Counted from the stretch's first letter, positions 1-9,157 are shown. The stretch is DNA of 64,000 nucleotides from Clostridiales bacterium UBA7568 (GCA_002479075.1 DLLG01000004.1:373205-437204), one strand, 5' to 3'. Notes: generated by a model not told the origin, from the letters alone. A program made the numbers and translations.

Positions 1-588
1 CGCGAACGTTATGGTTATTATACTGTTTACGTTTATGCCCATAAGTTGCGCTGCGCCTCTGTCCTCCGAAACGGCGATCATCGCTCTGCCGGTTTTGCTG
101 TATTTGACGAAGAGCGAAAGCGAGACCATAACGACTATCGACGCCGCAAGGGTGATAATCGTTGAAACCTTTATGCTGACCGCGCCCAGACTGACCTTTC
201 CGAGATCGGGAACCGAGACGAATTTCGTTGCCGATTTGAAGATTATCTGCGCAAGGCTTTGAAGCAGGTAGCTCACGCCTATGGCGGTTATGAGTACCGC
301 AAGGGGGGAAGCACCGCGCAGGGGCTTATACGCAACCTTTTCGACGATTACGCCGAGCAGCGTACACACTATGACAGCCATAGCTATTGCAACAAAGAAG
401 AAAGCGGGCGAGGAGGCGACGCTCATCGCGCAGAAAACGTATATCGTGTATCCGCCGACCATTATTATGTCGCCGTGAGCGAAGTTGAGCATTTTCGCAA
501 TGCCGTAGACCATCGTATATCCGAGGGCTATCATTGCATATATAACTCCGACATTCAGCCCGTTTATGAGAGTATTTATAAATTCCAT
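1..588 (-). CDS. branched-chain amino acid ABC transporter permease (LivH-like), C-terminal part runs off the window
   Basis: Absent from the ORF track because there is no stop in the window. Reverse complement from ATG 588-586 reads MEFINTLINGLNVGVIYAMIALGYTMVYGIAKMLNFAHGDIIMVGGYTIYVFCAMS..., the LivH-type N-terminus with the NFAHG signature. It lies directly downstream of the binding-protein gene. Confidence 0.8.
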   Translation of the reverse strand, partial: MEFINTLINGLNVGVIYAMIALGYTMVYGIAKMLNFAHGDIIMVGGYTIYVFCAMSVASSPAFFFVAIAMAVIVCTLLGVIVEKVAYKPLRGASPLAVLITAIGVSYLLQSLAQIIFKSATKFVSVPDLGKVSLGAVSIKVSTIITLAASIVVMVSLSLFVKYSKTGRAMIAVSEDRGAAQLMGINVNSIITITFA

Positions 589-675
589 AAAAATTCCTTA
601 AAAGATTTTTACGGCACTTTGCCGACGGGGCAGGACCCCGTCGGCAGATGCGCCTCTATTTTGTTTTGTCCGAAA

Positions 676-1845
676 TTATTTTGCGTCGGACTCCTTTACG
701 ATGTATTTGAGAGCCGTCTTGTTTACAAAGCCTTCCGAAGTCCATTTGATGTCTGTTCCCGTAACGCCGGAGTATGTATATCCGCCGCCGAACACTTCTT
801 TGAGTGCGTCGCAGATATCCGATGGGGAGGAGGTTACGGAGATCTTGTCTCCGGCTTCCTTCATAGCGCCGTAGATAGCGTATACGCAGTCATAAGCGGA
901 GGCGCCGAACTGGCTGAGGGAATCGGAACCGTATTTTTCCGTATATTTCTTGATAAACTCTCCGGACGCACCCTCTTCGGATTTGGAATTGAAATGAGAA
1001 AGGAAGGAGACCTCCTGAGGGATTGTCTTTATATCAAAGCCTTCAACGGCTGTATCGATACCGTCGAGACCGTCGCAGCCGTAATATATGGCATCCTTTG
1101 CGACATCGTTCTTTGCCTCCGTCATAAACTGGGAAGCGGGCGTATAATAGATGGGCATAAAGATGAGCTTGCAATCCTTGAGAGCCGCTATCTGGGAAGC
1201 GAAGGAGGCGACGGTGTCGCCGGAGAAGCTGGCTTCAACAACCGTTATCGATTTGTCAAGGCTTGAAAGGAACTGCTTGCGGATGCCTGTTGAATATTCG
1301 TCGTCAGATCTGTAAAGCATACCGATTGTCTGACCTTTATAATTTTCGCTGATGAACTGAGCGGCTGTAACGCCCTGTTTTTCATCTGCAAAGCACATCT
1401 GATATGCGTTGTCGTATTCAACGACGGCGTCTGCCGTTGCGGAGGGCGTCATAAAGAATACGTTGTCATCGTGAGAGAGAGACTTGAATTCGAGGCAGGG
1501 CTTGGTCGTTACGCAACCGAGCGAGACCTGCATTCCGTCTTCATACATTTTGGAATAGTTTGTGCCGATGTTTGCGGCATCGTTTACGTCATCCATCATA
1601 ACGAGCTTGAACTTGACGCCGTTCAGACCGCCTGCGGCGTTGATCTCATCAACAGCCATCTGCGCGCTGTTTTTGACAGCCTGCCCGTAAACTCCCGCGC
1701 CGCCTGTCAGAGGACCGGAAACGCCGATATAGAATTCGGTATTGTTTGCAGCATAATTTGTTTTCTTTGCGCCGCACGAAGCAAATGTGAATGCCGCTGC
1801 CGCGAGCATCATCAGCGCAAGAGCGAAGCTAACGAATTTTTTCAT
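676..1845 (-). CDS. ABC transporter substrate-binding lipoprotein, LivJ/LivK (branched-chain amino acid) family
   Basis: ORF 676..1938 trimmed to the ATG at 1845, preceded by AAGGAGAAAA. Signal peptide MKKFVSFALALMMLAAAAFTFASC carries a lipobox. The segment YIGVSGPLTGGAGVYGQAVKNSAQMAVDEINAAGGLNGVK is typical of the family. Operon partner of the LivH-like gene. Confidence 0.85.
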   Translation of the reverse strand: MKKFVSFALALMMLAAAAFTFASCGAKKTNYAANNTEFYIGVSGPLTGGAGVYGQAVKNSAQMAVDEINAAGGLNGVKFKLVMMDDVNDAANIGTNYSKMYEDGMQVSLGCVTTKPCLEFKSLSHDDNVFFMTPSATADAVVEYDNAYQMCFADEKQGVTAAQFISENYKGQTIGMLYRSDDEYSTGIRKQFLSSLDKSITVVEASFSGDTVASFASQIAALKDCKLIFMPIYYTPASQFMTEAKNDVAKDAIYYGCDGLDGIDTAVEGFDIKTIPQEVSFLSHFNSKSEEGASGEFIKKYTEKYGSDSLSQFGASAYDCVYAIYGAMKEAGDKISVTSSPSDICDALKEVFGGGYTYSGVTGTDIKWTSEGFVNKTALKYIVKESDAK

Positions 1846-1891
1846 ATTGATTTTCTCCTTTTGCCGCACTTTGCGGCGTAAAATTTTATAT

Positions 1892-1928
1892 AAAAAAACG
1901 GCTCTGCGTTTGCCGCAAAGCCGTTTTT
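1892..1928 (-). terminator. rho-independent terminator (usable on both strands)
   Basis: 10-bp stem cggctctgcg / cgcaaagccg with one mismatch and a 5-nt loop, flanked by an A7 run and a T5 run. Sits just downstream of the 72-aa ORF on the minus strand. Confidence 0.6.
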
Positions 1929-1944
1929 GAATATACACAAGATA

Positions 1945-2163
1945 TTAAAAAACAAACCCTGAAGTAAACGCTTTGAATTTTTCAATAATTATAATGCTCC
2001 AAATGCCGATGACGGAAATTAGAGCGAGGGCAAAAGAAATGGACACAGATATGACTGTGTCCATAATAATTATTGCGAGGGAAGCGTTGCGGCGCGACGA
2101 AAAATCAGCCGACTGAACCGCTGAGAAATTATTCATATTGCTCATACAAGTCGCTTTGAACAT
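1945..2163 (-). CDS. small hydrophobic protein of unknown function (72 aa)
   Basis: It has its own consensus-like promoter and a downstream terminator, and a C-terminal hydrophobic stretch (ISVSISFALALISVIGIWSIIII). I recognise no family. Confidence 0.35.
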   Translation of the reverse strand: MFKATCMSNMNNFSAVQSADFSSRRNASLAIIIMDTVISVSISFALALISVIGIWSIIIIEKFKAFTSGFVF

Positions 2164-2197
2164 TTCGCTTGCCGCCTTTCAAACAAATGATGACACT

Positions 2198-2251
2198 ATC
2201 ATAAACCATAGCGCACGGTTTGTCAATTGTAAATCTATATAAATTTACAAT
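2198..2251 (-). promoter_or_regulatory. sigma-A type promoter with an adjacent 26-bp palindrome (candidate operator)
   Basis: On the minus strand, TTGACA (2226-2221), a 17-nt spacer, then TATGAT (2203-2198). Immediately upstream is attgtaaatCtatataAatttacaat (2226-2251), a palindrome with a single mismatched pair. Confidence 0.55.
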
Positions 2252-2300
2252 CCAAAAAGGCGTTTTTTGCGAAAAAATGCACAAAAACACGCAAAAATCG

Positions 2301-2350
2301 CAAAAAACAAGGGCGCGGACGGAAAATTTTCGCTGAAAATCTCCGTCCGC
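2301..2350 (-). terminator. rho-independent terminator of the GH2 gene
   Basis: Stem gcggacgga (2315-2323) / tccgtccgc (2342-2350), followed on the minus strand by ttgttttttg. Confidence 0.7.
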
Positions 2351-2356
2351 AACAAA

Positions 2357-4075
2357 TTATTCTTCGCAAGCAGCCTTGTCTGCCATTGATTTTCTCATTT
2401 TTTCAAGACACTCTTTATCGAATTTGGCACTTCTGTCAAAACGGAAGATACCGTTGCATTCCTGCTCGACGTCATAAAGCTGTGTATAGCAAACGCCGCA
2501 TATTCTCGGATTTGAGCGGAGAATTTCGTTCATAGAGCAGTATCTTTCAACATATTCTTCAACGGTCGCCGGCGCGTCTCCGTAGCCCCAGCCGTCCTCG
2601 CTGTCCGTCCAGCGGATGCCGCCGTATTCGGAGAGGAAATAAGGCTGACCGCCGTAGCTCTGGCGCTTTGCCATATTCTCAAACACGCCCTCCTCCGTTT
2701 CGAAACTGTCATAGCGGCGGTGGTAGGCGTCGATGTGCTGGTTGTAGTCGTGAATGTCGTATATGTCGGTGACAACGTGATAATTTCCGCTTGTGTCTAT
2801 GCAGGGGCGGGAAGGGTCGTGACGCTTTGTGGCATAATACACATCGGCGAGGAAACCGTCGTTCTGCTGCCGACCTTTTATGTCCCAGGTTTCGTTGAGC
2901 GGGCACCAGCCGATCAGAGCGGGGTGATTATGATCTCTGTCCATCGCCTCGATCCATTCGGTAAGGAAATAATGCAGGGCATCGTCGCGCGTATGGTCAA
3001 AGCCCCAGCTTGCGTATTCTCCCCAGACGATATATCCGTTTTTGTCCGCTTCATAGAGGAAACGACGCTCGAAAACACGCTGATGAAGCCTTGCGCCGTT
3101 GAAACCCATAGACTGCGCCAGCTTTATATCCTTTATAAATGCGTCATCCGTCGGCGCGGTATAAACGCTTTCGGGGTAATAGCCCTGATCGAGCACGAGA
3201 CGCATAAAGACGGGCTTTCCGTTTATCAGCAGGCGGGTTTTGTCAAGCTCAACCTTTCTCATTCCGAAATAAGAACGGACTTTATCCTCGCCGCCCTTTC
3301 CGGAAACGGTTATGTCGAGGTCGTAGAGGGTCGGGTTTTCTATGCTCCAGAGATCGAGCTTGTCTATCGGCAGGGCAATACGGACATAGGCTCCCGTCGT
3401 CACAGCTTTTGCTTTGCCCGCTTTCTTTCCGGCAAGCGAGGCTTCGAGAGTTATCTTTTTCTCTCCTTCTCCGGCGACTTTCGCGCGGACAAAGAGGATG
3501 CTGTTGTCGATGTCCGGATCGAGCTTTATATCGACGAGGTGCACAGCCGGGACTCTTTCGAGCCAGACGGGCTGCCAGATGCCTGTCGAGCGGGTGTAAT
3601 AGCAACCGTATGACGCAAACTTATCGCTTTGCTTGCCCGTCGGCTGGGTGCCGTCTCTGACGTCGCTTTCGCAGTAAACAGCGAGAGTGTTTTCTCCCTC
3701 TGAGACGTATTCCGTTATATCAAATGAGAAGGGCGTATAGCTGCCCGTGTGCGTGCCGACTGATTTGCCGTTTACAAAGACCTCCGTTTTGTGGCAGGCG
3801 GCTTCGAAATTTATGATGAGCCTGTCGCCGCCGAGCTTTTTCGATTCAAATTTTCTTCTGTACCAGCAGGCGGGGATAAAGTCCTTGTGCCCGATTCCGG
3901 AAAGTCTGCTCTCCGGACAGAAGGGAACTTCTATTTTATAATCAAACCATTCTTTTTCAAGGATGTTGCTCTCTTTTCCCGATCTTCCGAAGTCAAAATC
4001 GAACTCCCATTCGCCGCAGAGGTTTTCCCAGTTCTTTCTTTCAAGCTCCGGGCGGGGATATGCCGTTCTTCTCAT
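2357..4075 (-). CDS. glycoside hydrolase family 2 (beta-galactosidase / beta-glucuronidase-like)
   Basis: ORF 2357..4099 trimmed to ATG 4075 with RBS AGGAGAAAAATT. GH2 hallmarks are present: NHPALIGWCPLNE (acid/base Glu region) and FLSEYGG (nucleophile region). The size and domain order fit sugar-binding, Ig-like and TIM barrel. Confidence 0.85.
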   Translation of the reverse strand: MRRTAYPRPELERKNWENLCGEWEFDFDFGRSGKESNILEKEWFDYKIEVPFCPESRLSGIGHKDFIPACWYRRKFESKKLGGDRLIINFEAACHKTEVFVNGKSVGTHTGSYTPFSFDITEYVSEGENTLAVYCESDVRDGTQPTGKQSDKFASYGCYYTRSTGIWQPVWLERVPAVHLVDIKLDPDIDNSILFVRAKVAGEGEKKITLEASLAGKKAGKAKAVTTGAYVRIALPIDKLDLWSIENPTLYDLDITVSGKGGEDKVRSYFGMRKVELDKTRLLINGKPVFMRLVLDQGYYPESVYTAPTDDAFIKDIKLAQSMGFNGARLHQRVFERRFLYEADKNGYIVWGEYASWGFDHTRDDALHYFLTEWIEAMDRDHNHPALIGWCPLNETWDIKGRQQNDGFLADVYYATKRHDPSRPCIDTSGNYHVVTDIYDIHDYNQHIDAYHRRYDSFETEEGVFENMAKRQSYGGQPYFLSEYGGIRWTDSEDGWGYGDAPATVEEYVERYCSMNEILRSNPRICGVCYTQLYDVEQECNGIFRFDRSAKFDKECLEKMRKSMADKAACEE

Positions 4076-4208
4076 AATTTTTCTCCTGCATAAAAACATT
4101 TTTGTGCGGATATTATATCATATAAGAAGGCGATTGTAAACATCAAAAGGGGAAAAGTCGGGCGGAAAAAGTTTTTTTCGGAAATTTGAAAAAAGCTATT
4201 GACAAACC

Positions 4209-4237
4209 GCAAAAGGCGCGATATAATGCGTACATCA
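4209..4237 (+). promoter_or_regulatory. consensus sigma-A promoter for the T-box leader
   Basis: TTGACA 4209-4214, 17-nt spacer, TATAAT 4232-4237. Confidence 0.75.
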
Positions 4238-4243
4238 TAGAAA

Positions 4244-4510
4244 ACCGACGAGTAAGAGTAGTAGCTTTGCAGGTTGTCTTTCAGAGAGTCGCGGATGGTG
4301 AAATCGCGGCAGATAAACGCAATGTGAATGGACTTATGAGGGCGGCGCGAAAGCCTTTGCAAGTAGTAGCCGACGGAGCGCAACCGTTACAGTGCGGGAC
4401 GTATGACAGTACGTCGCAGAGCCGGGCAAATTTATTTTGCCAATTTGGGTGGCAACGCAGGACACAGAGTCTTGTCCCAATTTTTATTGGGATAAGGCTC
4501 TTTTTTATTC
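4244..4510 (+). promoter_or_regulatory. T-box riboswitch leader, specifier codon UGG (tryptophan)
   Basis: Stem I elements are gacgagtaagagtagtagc (GA/K-turn side), AGAGAG (4293-4298) and distal loop GGTGAAA. The specifier loop is GAA-TGG-A (4326-4332). The T-box sequence is AATTTGGGTGGCAACGCAGG (4442-4461), whose UGGC bulge would pair with a GCCA 3' end. A terminator follows: 14-bp stem agagtcttgtccca / tgggataaggctct (two G-U pairs) plus a T run, 4467-4508. Confidence 0.85.
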
Positions 4511-4559
4511 GTTCAGTCATTTCTATGATAAAATTATTATATTTTCGGAGGAAAAGAAA

Positions 4560-5528
4560 ATGAAAAAAGTTTTATCTGTGATTTTTGCGGCTGTTATGCT
4601 TGCAGCGGCAATGCTCCTTGCAACATCCTGCGGGGAAAAGAAAGTTCCCGTCATCGGGATAAACCAGCTCGCCCAGCACGGCTCCCTTGACAACTGCCGC
4701 GAGGGATTCATTGAAGGACTTAAAGAAGCGGGACTTGTCGAAGGAAAAGATTTTGTAATCGATTATCAGAACGCTTCGGGCGACCCTTCGATCATCAGCC
4801 AGATATCAAGCGGATTTTCCGCAAAGAACGTTGCGATGATGGTCGGCATTGCGACAAACTCCGCAATATCCTGCTTTGCGGCGGCAGAAGATAAAGATAT
4901 TCCCGTCGTTTTCATCGCAGTTTCGGATCCTGTCGGCGCAAAGCTGACAGAGGGCAACGTTACGGGCATTTCGGATCTGCTCCCCGTTACGGCGCAGCTT
5001 GAGCTTATCCGCAAAATGCAGCCCGATGCAAAGAAAATCGGCATAATCTATACGCTCGGCGAGCCGAACTCCGTTTCGACTATCGAGCTTTACAAAAACG
5101 CCGTCAAGGATTACGGCTTTGAGCTTGAGGTCGTCGGCGTTACGGAACAGAGCCAGGTCACGCAGGCTGTCGATACGATAATCGCAAAGGGCGTTGACTG
5201 CTTCACAAACCTGACGGATAATACGGTCGTTGAGGTTCTCCCCGCAATACTTGAAAAGACGGACGAGGCGGGAATTCCCGTATACGGCAGCGAGATCGAG
5301 CAGGTTGTTCTCGGTTGCGTCGCTTCCGCCGGAATCGATTATATAGAGCTCGGCAAGAGCGCGGGCAAAATGGCGGCAAAGATACTCAAAGGCGAGGCGA
5401 AGGCTTCCGATATGCCTTATGAGACCGTCAAGGATTTCAGCTATTATGTCAACAGCAAGTCGGCGGAGCGCCTCGGAATAACAGTTCCCGCAGACGTTGC
5501 TTCTTCCGCTACGGAATGCGGAAAATAA
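4560..5528 (+). CDS. ABC transporter substrate-binding lipoprotein (ABC_sub_bind / COG2984 type; predicted tryptophan uptake, TrpX-like)
   Basis: ORF 4437..5528 trimmed to ATG 4560 after GGAGGAAAAG. The signal peptide carries the lipobox LLATSCG. Family resemblance in VIGINQLAQHGSLDNCREGF. First gene behind the Trp T-box. Confidence 0.85.
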   Translation: MKKVLSVIFAAVMLAAAMLLATSCGEKKVPVIGINQLAQHGSLDNCREGFIEGLKEAGLVEGKDFVIDYQNASGDPSIISQISSGFSAKNVAMMVGIATNSAISCFAAAEDKDIPVVFIAVSDPVGAKLTEGNVTGISDLLPVTAQLELIRKMQPDAKKIGIIYTLGEPNSVSTIELYKNAVKDYGFELEVVGVTEQSQVTQAVDTIIAKGVDCFTNLTDNTVVEVLPAILEKTDEAGIPVYGSEIEQVVLGCVASAGIDYIELGKSAGKMAAKILKGEAKASDMPYETVKDFSYYVNSKSAERLGITVPADVASSATECGK

Positions 5529-5546
5529 TATAAAAGAGGAAACAAA

Positions 5547-6461
5547 ATGGAGATAATCGAGCTTATAGCGGGAACGCTGACGCAGAGCTTTATATATGCG
5601 TTCATATCGTTCGGAATGTATATAACATATAAAATACTTGACTTTCCCGATATGACGGCAGAGGGCAGTTTTGCCTTCGGCGCGGCGGTTACCGCCGTAT
5701 GCCTGACAAACGGCGTAAACCCTTATCTGACAATGCTTATATCGATCGCCGCAGGCGCCCTTGCGGGGCTTTTCACGGGCATTATACACGTCCGTCTCGG
5801 CGTGCGCGATCTTATCGCCGGCATTATAACTATGACAGGGCTGTTTTCGATAAACCTTCAGCTTGCGGGAGCAAACCTCAGCATCGGCAGGGACATCGAT
5901 ACGATATTTACGGCGAAGCCGACAATGGCGATATTCGGCGCAATACCGTTGCTCTGGAGAAAGCTGGTTATCTCCTTTATCCTTCTTGTGATTTTCAAAT
6001 TTGCAATCGACGCTTATCTGAAAACCAAAAACGGGCTTCTTCTCCGCGCTGCTGGCGACAACGGCAGATTTGTCACTCTGCTCGCAAAGGACACCGGCAG
6101 AATGAAGATAATCGGGCTTGTTATCGCAAATGCGCTCATCGGATTTGCCGGATGTCTCGTCTGCCACGAGACAAGAGCGTTTTCATCGACGATAGGCACG
6201 GGGCAGGTCGTTTTCGGTCTTGCGACGGTCATCATAGGTACAACGATATTCAAACGCCTTGATTTTGTAAAAGGAACAACGGCAGTTGCCGTTGGCAGTA
6301 TCATTTATAAAGCGTGCATACAGCTTTCAATATCGCTCGGCTTGCCCGCAAACCTTATGAAGCTGGAAACGGCGGTGCTTTTCCTTATTATACTTGTCAT
6401 CGGCGGAACGAAGAAAAAACGCATTTTCTCAAAGGGGGCGAAGACCAATGCTCACACTTGA
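5547..6461 (+). CDS. ABC transporter permease (COG4120 type)
   Basis: 304-aa polytopic membrane protein, RBS AAGAGGAAAC, positioned between the binding protein and the ATPase. Confidence 0.85.
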   Translation: MEIIELIAGTLTQSFIYAFISFGMYITYKILDFPDMTAEGSFAFGAAVTAVCLTNGVNPYLTMLISIAAGALAGLFTGIIHVRLGVRDLIAGIITMTGLFSINLQLAGANLSIGRDIDTIFTAKPTMAIFGAIPLLWRKLVISFILLVIFKFAIDAYLKTKNGLLLRAAGDNGRFVTLLAKDTGRMKIIGLVIANALIGFAGCLVCHETRAFSSTIGTGQVVFGLATVIIGTTIFKRLDFVKGTTAVAVGSIIYKACIQLSISLGLPANLMKLETAVLFLIILVIGGTKKKRIFSKGAKTNAHT

Positions 6462-7221
6462 AAATATAAAAAAGATATATAATCCCGGTTCAGTTACGGA
6501 AATGTGCGTTTTTGACGGCTTCAACCTGACTGTTAAAACAGGGGAGTTCGTTTCGATTGTCGGCAGTAACGGCAGCGGAAAAACCTCAATGCTGAATATT
6601 ATCTGCGGCAGCATACCCGTTGAGGGAGGGCGTATTCTCATAGACGGAAAGGACATTACCCGCCTTTCGGAATACAAACGTTGCGCATTTATAGGCAGGG
6701 TGTATCAGAACCCCGCCTTCGGCGTTTGTCCGGAGCTGACCGTGCTTGAAAATATGTCCCTTGCCGACTGCAAAGGCGGGAGTTTCGGGCTTTCAAGCGG
6801 AATAAACAAGCAGAGACGCGGGTTTTACAGGGAAGAGCTCTCTCGTCTCGGGCTTTCGCTCGAAGACAAGCTGAATGTCAAAATGGGCGCGCTTTCGGGC
6901 GGACAACGACAGGCAGTCGCGCTGATAATGGCGACGATGAAGCCGATAGATTTTCTTATTCTTGATGAGCACACAGCCGCTCTCGACCCGAAAACGGCTG
7001 ATGTGATTATGGAGCTGACGGACAAAGTCGTCAGAGAAAAAAATCTGACGGCAATGATGGTAACTCATAACCTTCGCTATGCCGCAGAATACGGCGACAG
7101 GCTCATTATGCTTGATAAGGGGCATATCGTCATCGACAGGAGCGGGGAAGAGAAAAAAGATACCGAGGTCGGCGATATTCTGAAGATATTCAATGAGATA
7201 AGCATTGAATGCGGCAACTGA
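6448..7221 (+). CDS. ABC transporter ATP-binding protein (COG1101 type)
   Basis: ORF 6394..7221 trimmed to ATG 6448 (MLTLENIKKIY). Walker A GSNGSGKTS, signature LSGGQRQAVAL, Walker B FLILDEHTAALD. Overlaps the permease stop. Confidence 0.9.
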   Translation: MLTLENIKKIYNPGSVTEMCVFDGFNLTVKTGEFVSIVGSNGSGKTSMLNIICGSIPVEGGRILIDGKDITRLSEYKRCAFIGRVYQNPAFGVCPELTVLENMSLADCKGGSFGLSSGINKQRRGFYREELSRLGLSLEDKLNVKMGALSGGQRQAVALIMATMKPIDFLILDEHTAALDPKTADVIMELTDKVVREKNLTAMMVTHNLRYAAEYGDRLIMLDKGHIVIDRSGEEKKDTEVGDILKIFNEISIECGN

Positions 7222-7408
7222 GGGGGAAATGTTGACAGGCCGGGGCGGATATTGTATAATAAAGGTATCAAAGCTGTAAAGGGGAAGACAGAAATGAAAA
7301 AGATATCCGGAATTCTGAAATTGACGCTGGCAGTATGCCTGGCCGTCGGAACGACGCTTGCAATGATCGCTTGCGGGGTAAACAATTCGCGGGGAAGCTC
7401 TTCGGGGA
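7222..7408 (+). repeat. copy 1 of a 187-bp promoter + 5'UTR + lipoprotein signal-peptide module
   Basis: Near-identical to 8286-8472. Contains TTGACA 7232-7237, 17-nt spacer, TATAAT 7255-7260, an RBS, and codons for MKKISGILKLTLAVCLAVGTTLAMIACG...SSSG. Confidence 0.9.
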
Positions 7409-8259
7409 TCGGGACGGTGAGCACAAGCTCTTCCCTTGAAACCCAAACGGTAGCACCGAGCCAAACGACGTCTCCTGCCGCACAGACCGTAACGACAACC
7501 GCAACTACGACCGTTCCGCCCGTCATTGACGAAAAGCAGAAGACAATAAACAAATTTTTAGCTCTACTCGACGAGATGGCAGAACGCAACGGGGTTGATG
7601 AGATTAGGGAAGTAATGTTAACTTATGCTAATCCAGAGTTGGCCACAAGTGATTATTATCAATTATCATTTGGCTCAAATACTGGGATGTCTAAATATGA
7701 CATATTGGAATATTACATTTTGGATGAAGAAGGTTATAAACAAATTCTATCATCGATGAGATATAATTTCTCCCAAAATATCGCATACAATTTCGGGAAA
7801 GAAGAACTTATAGAAGAATACAAACACTCTAGTTTAGACATCATAAATGACGCAATTGAAACAAAAGAAAGATATAACAAAGACAACCCATATAAATACG
7901 AGATAGATTACGAAAAGAAAAAAGAAAAAGATTTGGCTGAATTCAATGAGTTTTTGGCTAAGGTGAGCGCTGAACATAGCGGGAAGAAAGTATCATCAAT
8001 CACTTTTACTAAAGATGCCAAAGGGTTTAACAGTATGATTTTGTTTTATAAAGAATTAGAACATTTTGAAATTAACTTGAGATCCTATGCTTTAAAAGAT
8101 GAATGGTACGAAACAATTGTGGAAAACTTGTTTGGCGAAGAACAATATAAATCAATTACGGTTGACGAATTGATAAAAAAGTATGATTCCGATGTATTTG
8201 ACTGTATATTGGAATCAATACGCACATACAGACCTGTTGTAAATCCAAACACGCTGTAA
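7294..8259 (+). CDS. lipoprotein of unknown function (Thr/Ser/Pro-rich linker plus AT-rich acidic domain)
   Basis: ORF 7252..8259 trimmed to ATG 7294 (MKKISGILKL..). Lipobox AMIAC. G+C drops visibly after about 7600. Confidence 0.6.
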   Translation: MKKISGILKLTLAVCLAVGTTLAMIACGVNNSRGSSSGIGTVSTSSSLETQTVAPSQTTSPAAQTVTTTATTTVPPVIDEKQKTINKFLALLDEMAERNGVDEIREVMLTYANPELATSDYYQLSFGSNTGMSKYDILEYYILDEEGYKQILSSMRYNFSQNIAYNFGKEELIEEYKHSSLDIINDAIETKERYNKDNPYKYEIDYEKKKEKDLAEFNEFLAKVSAEHSGKKVSSITFTKDAKGFNSMILFYKELEHFEINLRSYALKDEWYETIVENLFGEEQYKSITVDELIKKYDSDVFDCILESIRTYRPVVNPNTL

Positions 8260-8285
8260 TCAAAGGAAGTTGAGTGTGGCAACCG

Positions 8286-8472
8286 AGGGGAAATGTTGAC
8301 AGGCTGGGGCGGATATTGTATAATAAAGGTATCAAAACTGTAAAGGGGAAGACAGAAGTGAAAAAGATATCCGGAATTCTGAAATTAATGCTGGCAGTAT
8401 GCCTGGCCGTCGGGACAATGCTTGCAATAATCGCTTGCGGGGCAAACAATTCGCAGGGAAGCTCTTCGGGGA
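8286..8472 (+). repeat. copy 2 of the 187-bp promoter + signal-peptide module
   Basis: TTGACA 8296-8301, 17-nt spacer, TATAAT 8319-8324. Differs from copy 1 at about a dozen positions, including ATG to GTG at the start codon. Confidence 0.9.
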
Positions 8473-8975
8473 CAAGCATCTCCGAAGCTACGACTACTGC
8501 GCCAACAATAGTTGAAGACCCCAAATTAAGAATTGAAAGAAAAAAAGCATTGATTATTGAAAACATAAATTCTTGCTTTGATAAATATCGTGAACAGTTT
8601 AAAGATGAAGAAGACACTAAAGATATAGTAGAAGGGGATAAATTTATATATTTGGCAAGAGAAGAAGATTCAGAGAACTCTCAAACTTATAGTTTGGATG
8701 TCAATGGTAGCAATTTTGATAAAAAAATTTCAATTATTATTCAACAAATGAAAATATCAAAAGATCAATACAATTATCTTATTGAGACATTCAATGTTGC
8801 TGACAATAAATCTGAATCGTATCTTTACTATCCAATAATTCGTTTTTCAGACGATTATTCCGGTGAATTATCTACGGTATTGGAAATCACCAAAAATATC
8901 GATGAAATTGAAGATGAAAAAGTACTGGATATTATTCTGAATAGTTTTTCAAAGTCACTTTCTCAAGAACAATAA
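8358..8975 (+). CDS. lipoprotein of unknown function, paralogous only in its signal peptide to 7294..8259
   Basis: GTG start at 8358, homologous to the ATG of the first copy. Lipobox AIIAC. The mature part is AT-rich and unrelated to the first protein. Confidence 0.55.
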   Translation: MKKISGILKLMLAVCLAVGTMLAIIACGANNSQGSSSGTSISEATTTAPTIVEDPKLRIERKKALIIENINSCFDKYREQFKDEEDTKDIVEGDKFIYLAREEDSENSQTYSLDVNGSNFDKKISIIIQQMKISKDQYNYLIETFNVADNKSESYLYYPIIRFSDDYSGELSTVLEITKNIDEIEDEKVLDIILNSFSKSLSQEQ

Positions 8976-9030
8976 GACTGACAGATAGTTACTTAAATCA
9001 TAACTCAAAAGACTTAAACTCAACTCAAAC

Positions 9031-9062
9031 CCCTGAAATTGGCCAACCTTTCAGGGATTTTG
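9031..9062 (+). terminator. rho-independent terminator after the lipoprotein pair
   Basis: Stem ccctgaaa (9031-9038) / tttcaggg (9049-9056), followed by attttg. Confidence 0.55.
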
Positions 9063-9104
9063 ACTTGAGCGCGAAAAATGTCGGCAAATATTTGAAAAAA
9101 TTTA

Positions 9105-9133
9105 TTGACAAACGCTGTCTTTTGTGATATCAT
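9105..9133 (+). promoter_or_regulatory. promoter of the tRNA-Leu / tRNA-Met pair
   Basis: TTGACA 9105-9110, 17-nt spacer ending in TGA (extended -10), TATCAT 9128-9133. Confidence 0.6.
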
Positions 9134-9157
9134 AATCAGGCAGGCAGCGGAAAACGT

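Noticed and set aside
259-1266. A 335-aa plus-strand ORF. Similar long antisense ORFs occur at 4806..6167 -, 10969..12693 -, 13256..14149 -, 35861..36595 +, 45855..46607 +, 50741..51301 +, 51551..52318 +, 52391..53188 +, 58232..59056 +, 61131..61886 - and 62229..62885 -.
   Set aside because: Each lies entirely opposite a gene with clear family motifs. They show low-complexity or Arg/Cys-rich translations, no SD and no recognisable domain. They are shadow ORFs typical of moderate-GC DNA.
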